DNA of 64,000 nt from assembly GCF_041146345.1 (NCBI RefSeq), contig NW_027191402.1, positions 806,001 through 870,000 on the forward strand, given 5' to 3'. A model generated the notes under the pieces. It saw nothing but the letters and a program-made list of their open reading frames with translations. It did no database searches and was not told the DNA's origin. The position numbers and the translations under genes are program-made. The first letter of the stretch is position 1, and each line of letters opens with the position of its first letter. This document shows, in pieces, positions 1 to 10,073 of the stretch. The stretch is from Neodothiora populina (taxonomy: Eukaryota).

Positions 1-2
1 CC

Positions 3-206
3 GCGTGTGAAGCCTTGGATGCCAAGGATCGAGAGACGGTATCGAAATGGCTTGAGAGGTCGTATACCAAGAGTGGACTGGGCTCGTTCAATACTGCCAG
101 GGACGTCGCGGAGAAAGTCTGGGCTGCGCGAGGAAGGTCTGGCAATGCGGATATGTCGTGGCACGATGTTCTCGCGAGGGGAAAGACGGCGTTGATTCTG
201 AGTTGA
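3..206 (+). CDS. C-terminal fragment of a fungal-specific (Zn2Cys6-associated, Fungal_trans_2-like) transcription factor; the gene starts upstream of the window
   Basis: Frame from nt 3 reads ACEALDAKDRETVSKWLERSYTKSGLGSFNTARDVAEKVWAAR...MSWHDVL...LILS*. The 'ACEA...R....W......G......A......VW...W..h' pattern is typical of the C-terminus of this domain. Confidence 0.65.
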   Translation, partial: ACEALDAKDRETVSKWLERSYTKSGLGSFNTARDVAEKVWAARGRSGNADMSWHDVLARGKTALILS

Positions 207-345
207 AGCTGAGCAGCACTCCTGCGCGAATCTTGCAATTGTCGTCCCCGTGACCATTTTGTAACAGAACAGAACATGGCTTCTGAAGGTTCACAGCGAT
301 ACTCACAGTAGCACCCAGTAAATATGTTGTCTGTATCTTAATCAA

Positions 346-372
346 TTTTTTTTTTTTTTTTTTTTAAAAAAA
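346..372. repeat. Homopolymer T20 followed by A7, between two convergent 3' ends
   Basis: Directly visible: T at 346-365, A at 366-372. Confidence 0.9.
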
Positions 373-895
373 CGTCGGTACCTTTGCAGAAAAGCGCAGA
401 GGCAAGGAAAATGGGAAAGAAAAAGGTCAACTCCCTCAGTTTTAGAGTTTTCGATTTTCGATTTCTATTTTTCTTTGGTAATCTTTCTTCGCAAGCTCTC
501 TCAATAGAGAGACAAAACGCGGGTACAAATGCGTGATCGATGAACACATGGTTTCTCGACTCTCGTCTTGCTTTGCTTTTCTGCTTGAAGCCGAGCTTTC
601 CATGGCAACGGTGAAGAAAGCAGACACAGGGAGAAGAAGGACAAAAAGAAAATCAATACACGTCCATCTTGCGGCTCATTTCGGGTCTGCCGGAGCTATA
701 GTCTCTGGGGACGGTCCTCTCGAAACCCCTGACCCTACTCGTAGCGCCGCCGCCTTTCTTCATGGCCGCGAAGCAATTCATACAAGGTCTCAAGAGCAAC
801 AGTGAGGCGAGCAGGAGAAAACAAGCTACCAGAACAACGAACAAAGCAATGCCCACAGTGGGCCAAAAGGACGATCCACGGTGACTACCGGAGAG

Positions 896-2414
896 TCACT
901 GTTCCTTTTCGTAGCCTTCTGGCTTGGGCATGTTGTTGAGCTCAAAGTAACGATTCGTGCCTAGATTCGAGGTATGTCAGCACAATTGATCAATTTACAG
1001 AAATACAAAAAAGCAGACTTACAAGAATAGCCGTTCCAGTCAAAGTTCTCCTTAGGGTTGCAGTGGCACTTGAGGTCGAGTCTCTTCTGCTCGCCAGTCG
1101 GGCAGTGAGTAAAAGGAACGTGGTAGTAGGCAATGTCATTGAAGAAATGGATCTCGTCCTTGGGAAGCATGAGACCTGCGGCGATGGAGTGGACGGGCGC
1201 GTCACCCCAGCGTTCGTAGAAGAAACCACCCTCGTGGTCAAGGAAGTCAAAGTAAGAAATGTAAGCATCAGATCGGAGCCTGATCGCAAATCATTAGCTC
1301 GTTGGACTAGACAAAATGCAAAAAGGTATTTACGTACCAGTCCAGGTTGCCAACCTCAAAGTTGGACCAAAAATGACAGTGGTTGTACGTCTCACCACCA
1401 TCGTCGGACAAGAAGTTCATGCTGTTGTCCTGAGCAATGTGCTGGGGGTTGGCCTTGATCCACTTCTTGGTGCTGTCCCAGAGAGTGGGGATGGTCTCGA
1501 CGTATTCGTAGAGACTCAAAACGAAAGAGTACTTCTTCTTGTTGTCGGCCATGAACTTGAATGGATCGTATGCAATGTCACAGAAAAGCTCAATGGAGGG
1601 CTCGACACGCCAGTACCACTCGTAGTCAAGGAGCAGAGGGTGTCTGAAGAAGAAGCCAGACTCATAACGACACATGTGGCGGTAAGAGACGCTGTCTCCG
1701 TAGATGATCTTTCTGGCGGCCATGTCGGCGCGAGTCTTGGCGGCCTTGTCCTGGTCGATGAAGTCCGGGAAGGACCAATGCTCTTTCGGGATCTCGCCAT
1801 ACTTGGTCTTGCCAGAAGTCAAAGCGGACGTGACCTTCTTGAACTGCTCGTCGAAAGGCTGGTCGTTGAGGAAGACCCAGTCGTAGTTGTATGCGTGGTT
1901 GAAGCGATCCTCGACCTGGCGGATGGAGCGGGCGATCTCCCAGACATCGCTGTTGCGGGCAAGGGTGACAAAGGTGGCGTTCATGCGCTCACCAGGAGCC
2001 GTGGGCCTCAGAGTGGTGGATTGAAAGTTGGGGGTGGTGGTGTGGACGGCGGCGGCAGCATCATCGGCGGCGGCAGGATTTGAGGCTGAGGTGTCTTCCC
2101 TGACGTCCTCGGCTTGAGATCCGCGCCATCGTGATGACGAGTCCTTGATGAGGTCTTGGGCCTTGTTGGCGTAGGATTGGGGGACGGACGAGGATGAAGA
2201 GATGAAGAAGACGATTACAAGGCACTGCAGGGTAAGCAGAAAGTCAGCTGGTGTATGAGAATGCGATGAGATTGGGATGAAGATGAATATGGTGATCGTC
2301 AAAAAAGGATGATCATGATGGCCCGGGCAGAATAGAACATGTATGGAAAATGTATGGTGTGCATACCACAAAGGCAAAAACGATGTAGCGCAGATAGCGC
2401 GTGGTTCCAGCCAT
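896..2414 (-). CDS. KRE2: Alpha-1,2-mannosyltransferase, GT15 (KRE2/MNT1/KTR family), 4 exons
   Basis: Exons 2414-2367, 2224-1338, 1279-1023 and 960-896, all introns GT..AG. N-terminal type II anchor ([23 protein letters not shown]). GT15 motifs [37 protein letters not shown] and [13 protein letters not shown]. Ends ...[11 protein letters not shown]. Confidence 0.93.
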
Positions 2415-3018
2415 GTTGTCGCTGTCTTCTGGCGTGATGCGCGGAGGCTTGCGCTCTGAGGAGACCGCTGCACGAGCTGGGTCTGCAGACGAGAGCGACG
2501 AGCGGAGATCAGTAGACTCGACAGAATTGGATGTGTCTGTGTCGTGTGGCGCACGACGACGACGAAGGGTAGTCGGCGAAGTGTTGATGCTACCTGTCAC
2601 CTTGAAATCGTGGCGGTGTTGTTATGCGAAGGGAGGTTTGCGAAGTTGAGAATGAACCGAAACAAAGAAAGTCAGATAAGGGAAATAATCCTCGGATGGG
2701 ATCAATAAAAGACCCAAGGCAGAGGTCGGTTGAGAAGTGAATAGAAGGGGGAAAGGGAGCGGAGGTGGTATGAGCTGGGAGCTAAAGTTGTAACGTGTGC
2801 AGCGGCGGACACGGTATAAAAACTGGAGGAGACTCGCACTCCCCGAAGGTGAGGTACAAAAGCCAAAAGGATAAGGTAAGAATGGGAAGTGTAGAGATGA
2901 CAAGTGATGACACGATAAGCGAGATGCTCGTGTACTGTGCAATCAACACTACCTTGCTTGTACAGAGGTATTGCGAAGTGTTGTTCAGCTCTGCTATTTT
3001 CTCTGGGCTGGGCTTCTC

Positions 3019-3060
3019 TGGAACACGTACAGTGGAACACGTACAGTGGAACACGTACAG
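3019..3060. repeat. Three exact tandem copies of the 14-mer TGGAACACGTACAG in the KRE2/PAT1 divergent intergenic region
   Basis: Copies at 3019-3032, 3033-3046 and 3047-3060. Confidence 0.9.
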
Positions 3061-3724
3061 TACTTGTGCAGCAGTAAGGTTCTTCTAGGTTTCGTCTTAC
3101 GAGTACGAGTACGTAGGTATGATTCGGAAAATGAAGTACGGTAAGGGCAAGGTATCTGTCACATGTATCTTACTACAAGTATATGAGATGCCTGAGTAAG
3201 GTAGCAGCAGCTTAGCCCCTTTAACACCTTCCGATGCAGTTCTGTCTTGTGTTATTTACGGAGCCATGCGGTATCAATGCACCACCGCTACCGTAGTACA
3301 GTACAGTACTATTCCCAGACACAGAAAAGGGGGGGTTTCCCTGACTGTACTGTAATTACCTGTACCTTACTGTACCTCAGGTGCTTTGACCCATGCTGAC
3401 GGGAGCTTTGCCTATCCGCTTGCCGACGACGTCCCCCAGAGTCCACGACGCTCTCCCGTCTTAGCGTGTCTTGGCACAGGGTTGCAGCGCAGAAACGCGG
3501 TACCTGCAGGTGTTGGGAGGGCTTGGTAGCTGGGAAGGGAGAGAGAAAGAAAGAATGGAGATCATGGTCACAATATGCGTATATATCAGTATGACTTTCG
3601 ACGATTCACTCCCCGCCCACAGGATTAACTACCTTAATTACCTGACTGTGTACTGTGATACTGGTCTAATGCACGAGCAATGGATGCCTGAGGCTACCTA
3701 CATCTGCCAAGACTTCGGAGCTCT

Positions 3725-3782
3725 GTCGTCGTCGTCGTCGTCGTCTGTGCCTCCTGCAAGGCAAAGTGGCATCGCATCTGAT

Positions 3783-3827
<45 letters not shown>
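3725..3827. repeat. Microsatellites (GTC)7 at 3725-3745 and (ATC)15 at 3783-3827, upstream of PAT1
   Basis: Directly visible. Confidence 0.92.
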
Positions 3828-3948
3828 GCGTACTCTGCCTTGCCTTGATCATCATCATCAATCAACCCACAAGTAAAGAACATTCGCCTTCTTGTGCTTC
3901 TGTATACACACACACAGTCTCCGGCCAGGCTGCCCGCTGCCCTTCACC

Positions 3949-6559
3949 ATGTCGTTCTTCGGATTCGACACAACCTTGCCCAAGGACCGCAACTTCTTCT
4001 CCCAGCAGGATGCCTTTGCCGGTCTGTCTAGCAACAAAGCTGCAGGAGACGAGGAGGAAATGTACCACTTTGTCCCATCCCTTGCCGCGCCTGACACCCC
4101 ATTGACCCCATTGCTGACACTGAGCCCCCAGCCTCGACTTCGAAGACACGTACGACGGACTAGGCAACCGCCTCGATGAGTCTCAGGATGCCTTCAACGA
4201 CGACACCTTTGGCGGCGGCGGCCCCCAGACCAAAGTCGGCAAGGACTTCGACTTCTTCGGGAACACTGCCCAGTATGCCGACACGATGCAGGAAGAGGAG
4301 GCTCTCCACAATGCCAGACAGGCTGCTCAGCCCAAGCCTGTTGCCTCGAAGCCCAAGCAGGCTCCCGCCAGCGCCTTCCTGCACCAGCAAGCTCCCAGGA
4401 ACGCGCGCTCTGGCTACGAGAACTACAGCAAGCCAGAGTATATTCCTCAACTCGAGGCCAGCGCCAGCATCTGGGGTCTCCCCGCCAAGAAGTCGACCGA
4501 GCCCAAGCCTCAGCAGCAGCCGCAGCCTCCTCCGCTATCTTCTTCGCTTTCGCAGCGCAAGATGATGAGTCTGGAGGAGGTCGAAGCCGCCATGCGCTCT
4601 CAGTCAAGACAGCCTTCCGGCGCACAGAACCTGCCGCCGTATCCTCAGCAAGCCCCCCCGCTTCACCAGCAGCAGCAGCAGCAGCAGCAGCAGTACCAGC
4701 TCCCTCACGACCAGATGCAATTCATGCAGCCCCCGCCCGGCATGTCTTTCCCTCCCGGCATGCAGATCCTGCAGCGCCCTCAGCACCAGGATCAAGGCAT
4801 GCCTGCTGCTGGTCAGCGCCAATCTCCCTTCGTGCCAGATCAGCGCACTCCACCTCAACCCATCCCTGGTATGCAACAGCCTCAGCACCAACAGCCTCAG
4901 CACCAACACCAGCAGAGCATGCCCGTCCAGATCCCCACCGGTCCCAGACAGCAGCAGCAACAGCAACAGCAACCGCAGATGCCTCAGCAACTCCCCCAGG
5001 GCGGTCCGGTCGGCGGTGACCATGCGCGAGGGCCTTCTCACGGTGGCCCGCCCGTCACTCAGGCTCAGCAGATGATGCAGATGACTGACGAGCAGCGTGC
5101 CATCTTCCTCGCCGAAGAGGCCAAGCGCGCCAAACGTAACCACAAGATCTTTTTGTTGTCCAAGAGCAATGGACTCATGACCCCGCAGGACAAGAACTTC
5201 ATCACCCGTATCCAGTTGCAGCAGCTTCTGACTGCGACCGGCGGTGTTAATGATCAGATCGCTGACGCTCAGCTTGCCGAGGACTTTTACTACCAGGTCT
5301 ACGCTCAGATCCGCGGAGCTCCCAGATCCAACCCCCACCAACCTCTGAACCAGTTCGCCCAGACCTACCTCTTCCAGACCGGTGGCAGATTCGGAGGTGG
5401 CCGTAGACACCCCAGAGGTGGCGACAATCATATCCAGCGCATGGAGCAGCAAGTCCAGCGTGCTGTCGAGGCTGCCAAAGCCAGACCCAAGAACAAGCAA
5501 CTCGTCGTCGAGGGCAGTCTGGGTAAGATTGCTTTCAGCAACTCCAAGACCCCCAGACCGCTTCTGAACTTCAAGCGTGCCGACAATGAACTGCGCCCGC
5601 ACTCCCAGCGTCATAGCCACATTGCGGATCGAAAAGCCACTCTCAGGAACATCGAGAACGTATATGCTACCCTTATGCAGATGGAAGACCACGAGAGACA
5701 TCTGCCTCCACCACCTCGCGAGGATAGCCATCCGGATGAGATTCAGCGTCACATTGAATGGAGAACACACGCGCAAGAACTCAACCAGAAGTTGTGGTCG
5801 AACCTCAAAGTCATGGAGCCCATCCAACAAGACCCAAACATTCCTCATCCGTTCATCGCCATCTTGTCCCACTCCAAGGGCAAAAAGGCCATTCCTAGAA
5901 TCTTCAGACACATTGATGACCAACAGCGTCTGACCATCATCACTCTGTTGTCTGTCCACCTCGACTCTCTGGATGTCATTCGTCTAGCATATCCTCACCC
6001 TGACGAGCCTGTCCTTCCCCGCACAGTCCGTGACGAGGTCGAGCTCTTCGCGCAGGCTGTCATCCCCACCCTTCTTGCTTATATCAACGACGCACCTCTG
6101 AGCATCATCTCCGGTCTTTTGGGACTGATTATCGAGCGAGTCAATGTGCAAGCCATCATGCGTACCAAGATTGGAGTTTCTTTCCTGACCATCCTTGTCT
6201 CACGCGCTGTCCTCATCAAGCAAGTCTCCGCTGGCCAGAACATCCCCGAGGACGACTGGACGAATTGGAACCAACTTTACAACCGTCTATTCGATCTCGC
6301 GGAGCCCGTTCTTCCTTATATCTTCACCACCGAGAATGTCGCTCAGAGCTCTGACTACCAGGTCTGGCAATTCTTGGCGACCATGGGTGTCAGTGCCTCG
6401 CCCGAGCAGCAACAGAGACTTGTTCTCGGTGTCAAGGAGAGAGTCATGCAGACTGTCGAAATCTCAAAGCAATTGCCTCCCGACATGGCTGGTGCCAAGC
6501 TTGGAGAGGTCAATCTGTTCATGAGAGCGATTGGTCTGGACGTTGAGTTGCTGGGTTGA
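3949..6559 (+). CDS. PAT1: mRNA decapping activator / topoisomerase II-associated protein Pat1
   Basis: Exon 1 3949-4061 (MSFFGFD...), intron 4062-4131, exon 2 4132-6559. Motifs DFEDTYDGLG..LDE..DAFNDDTFG, MSLEEVEA, a Q/P-rich region, GLMTPQDKNFITRIQLQQL, EDFYYQV, and C-terminal NLFMRAIGLD. Confidence 0.93.
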
Positions 6560-9071
6560 TCGGAACCCACCACCTCTCAATAGATGTAGTAGACAAGGCG
6601 GACTCAGAGAAAAAAGCAGTTTATTTTCCTCTACTGACGATCTTGAACGAAAAGCATGTACGGCCTACTTTTTTCTTATTCTCTTTTGGTATTTAATGTT
6701 ACTGAAAACTTAGCGATAATGGATCCCCGGAAAAGGGGCACGTCGCATAAATGACATGAGCAGGTCGACGGCTTGACCGAAGTTCTTCTGTCTCTGGCAG
6801 GAGGAGGGTAAGGGAGCTGCGGCTGCAGGCCTGATTGAAAGGCTGATTTCCTCGTTGGCATGTTGTGCTGGTAGATCGGGGGAGAAAGGGGATGGTATAT
6901 AGGTTGTTATTGGTCCATACCCCTATGGCACGAACGAAGTGGTTTATTTTCCTTGATTGCATATACAGCATTAGTTCCTTACCAACCTTGTCTTGTGCCT
7001 CGTTATTCTACCCAAGGTACTATACATCTTACATGAAGGTTTGCATCACTTCATTACCTATCTAGACTTTACTTTATCTGGTAAATAAGGCAGGTACTCG
7101 GTATAGATGCTAAAGGAAACATGCTGAAGCACAGTTCTCATCGCCATCTACAAGATCAGCAATTCACAAGATTCAATCAACTACAGCACACTGTACCGGA
7201 CTGCACCACAACATGGCGATCTGACCTGACCTGATCTGCATCTGCATCCAGTCTGCTCTATAAGGAGGAACATAAGCCACGAAACGATCGCCAGATCACT
7301 CTGCCTCTAGTCCAGATCAATTCAGTGGCCGTTGGGACCAAGCACAGTAGATTGAGTATAGTGACAGCCTCCTCACACAGAACTGATGGAACATGGAGGA
7401 ATCCATGATTACCCCTTATGCCTGCCTTGCTGATTCATCAATGCAAAATCACTAAATAGTTCACAAAAGGAAGGCTAAGCCAGCCATCAGACAGTTCGAG
7501 TCAAGAGAAGAAACACACACGAGCCACATAAACGGTCAGACGAACAGATCGAGGATAAACCGTTTTCATTAACCAACGGCTTTCATGAACCACTACGCTG
7601 GGTCGTTTTCTTCACCTTGTCGAATGCAGAAAGGTAGGCACAGATTGGCTAAGATGTATTTTGTTTCTTCCAACTCGGTCCGAAGTACGAGGATTGAAGG
7701 GCTGTATTCGAGGATCGTGGTCGGTATGAAGTCAAGATCAGGTCTGGCTGATTCAGAGTACTGTATGAGCACTGTATGTTTCTTCACAGCACTTGTAGGA
7801 TCGACTGGCTTATTTGAGGAAGGTACAGTGCGCGACTAGCTTTTGTTTGGTACAATACTGTTTGCACGACGGGACTATGCGCGTGAATTACCAGGTACGT
7901 TGTACTTGAAGAGATACAGTAGAGATTCAATGGATAGAGAGAGGGGGGGCTAGAAAGTGCAACGGGTTTCTCGTTGTCTTGTCAGGGCTTTCTGACTCTG
8001 GATCTGAGTGTTTGCTTATTCGCCTTGACGGCAAAGTATCATGCGTCCATGTTGCATGCAGTCGAGTCGAGTCGAGTCGACATCTTACTTATACAAGCAG
8101 CGAAGGGACATGATACTATACATCACCATCACATGGACAAGCATGTCGAATGCATCCTAAGAAACCCCATGAAGCAAACCCTCAAACCCTACCGGCTAGC
8201 GGCAGCGAGTGCTACAACTCATACACTTAACCGCACACCTTACCTTCCTGGTCGCAACGATAAACCGCAAACACAAATAAGCTACCACACTTACCCTACC
8301 GTACAATCCCATATTACATCATATCCAATGAAACACGCCTTGAGACAAGTCCAACCGTCAGGTCTCTCCCCTTTCCAATCGAGCCTGTCTAGCCCATCCT
8401 CACTCTATAGCCAGCCGACCAGTTGTATGCAACCCGTGACGGGTCTAGCGAGAAGGCCTGTATGTTGTCCACGATAGGAAAAAGTACGGAGTACAAGGAG
8501 CTAGACTCACGTCCTCGAGTGGAGTTGGGTCCGTGACGAAGGGTGACATTTCTGATTCTGATGCAATTGCCCATCGAGAACGGTAGTGAGATTGGTGCAC
8601 AGGTGAGACTAGTAGCATGTCAAAAAAGGCATCGACGTATTGTAAGTCGAATGGTGTTTTTTCGGTGTCTAGGATATATACAGATTCAGGCCTTGTGTCG
8701 GTCGTTCTTCCGTCGTTTCTCATCTCTACGCACATAAACACAGCGAAGACAGATGAGAGGAAGTTGCGCCTCTCTTGAATTGTCAGGGACTCGTTCAGAA
8801 CTCGATACAACTTGCCTGCGAGGTTGCATATACTACGCTGTGCGAAAAGGCTTCGCTACACACCAAAGTGCCGGAGCACAAAGAGTTCCAAAGATTCGCC
8901 TCGACATCTGCATCCTAATCTACTATTACCCATCAAGACACTACTCATCCAAGGATCCATTCGAGCACTCAGTGGACTGACCCACCCTCTCCAACCTCTC
9001 CAACCTCTCCAACCAACCAACAAACCAACAAACCAATCCTCAAACCCTCAAGAAGAGGAAAAAGAAGCACA

Positions 9072-9365
9072 ATGCATCTCCCCTCACCAACAACAACCCT
9101 CCTCTCCCTCCTCCTCATCGCCATCCCCTCATCTTCAATCCTCCCAACCGCCCACGCCCTGCCCGTCCCAGCTCCAGCTCCCGCACCAGCTCCCGCACCA
9201 AACCCCCTCTTCGGCGGCGCATTCTGGGGCGTGATCCCAGAAGGCGGCCCGAAGAACTTGACGCTGCCCTACAAGAACAAGCATGGAGGCGGCGAGGGAG
9301 GCGTGGCGGGGAATAGATTCGGTACGCCGGGGGCGGGGGGCAGTCATAGGGGGGTCCATTGGTAA
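9072..9365 (+). CDS. Small secreted Gly-rich protein / peptide precursor (97 aa)
   Basis: ATG in good context (CACAATG). Hydrophobic signal peptide LLSLLLIAI...AHA, then LPVPAPAPAPAPAPNP, then a Gly-rich basic C-terminal part. Confidence 0.7.
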   Translation: MHLPSPTTTLLSLLLIAIPSSSILPTAHALPVPAPAPAPAPAPNPLFGGAFWGVIPEGGPKNLTLPYKNKHGGGEGGVAGNRFGTPGAGGSHRGVHW

Positions 9366-10073
9366 TTGTTTCGTCGCTATCGTTATAGAACAGAAGGACG
9401 CTGGAAGGGATGTTTGGGCTCCGGTGACGAGCGGGGTCCTACAGGGCTCACGTCGCGGGGGTCGGCTTGCCACTGCAGCTGCAGCAGTAGTAGTTTCATG
9501 AGGGCATTGTGTTTCTTGTCATATTTGCAGCCTCGATGGCTGAAAGGAGTTTTGTTCTGGTCGTGCCAGGCCTTGCATTTCTATCTATAAACTTGATTAT
9601 CATTCTAGAACTTTGTATTTCCAACATCTCTTCTTTTATATCCTTTCTTTGGCAAGACACTGTTGCGTTTGGGCTAATGACTCGCGGATGTCACGCTTCG
9701 AGATTATGGCGCATGGGGTTGTGCAGTATTTGGTGCTTTCTGTGTGTACCTATGTGAGTGGTGTGTAGCTTGTGTATTATATATCTTTTTCTCTTTGAGA
9801 GGTCTTGGTATGGCTCGTTCGTTGGGTGTATGGTTGTATTGGCACCTGCTCAGAAGGGCATGTGCTGGTTTTGCTTTGTACGGTCGTGAGGTAATGAAGA
9901 GATGGGTCAAAGGGACTTGAAGCCTGAGTGAACATTGTTGGTTACGGTAATGCAATATCTCTGTCTCCGTCTGCTGAATATCGATTCTACGAATCTCTTA
10001 TCACAGCACTACTGACGCCACGCCCAACCATGTCTTTTCTCTTTCGCCATCTAGAGTTGTCTGCGACAAACAC

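Noticed and set aside
3019..3060. Repeat array as CRISPR-like
   Set aside because: No spacers, eukaryotic context and no cas genes.
3471..3913. Poly-Ile / poly-Met ORFs
   Set aside because: Artefacts of the (ATC)15 microsatellite.
4604..5959. Long antisense ORFs opposite PAT1 (also opposite KRE2 at 1316-2083 and GUA1 at 17171-18550)
   Set aside because: Expected shadows of strongly C/G-biased codon usage on the sense strand; no protein-like motifs.
7593..8810. Minus-strand ORFs 7593-7787 (SILVLRTELEETKYILANL) and 8445-8810 (MLLVSPVHQSHYRSRWAI) as further orphan-family members
   Set aside because: Only a loose resemblance: they lack the invariant AxxS[LIV], the Cys pairs and an ATG start. 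Worth including in an HMM scan but not supportable by eye.
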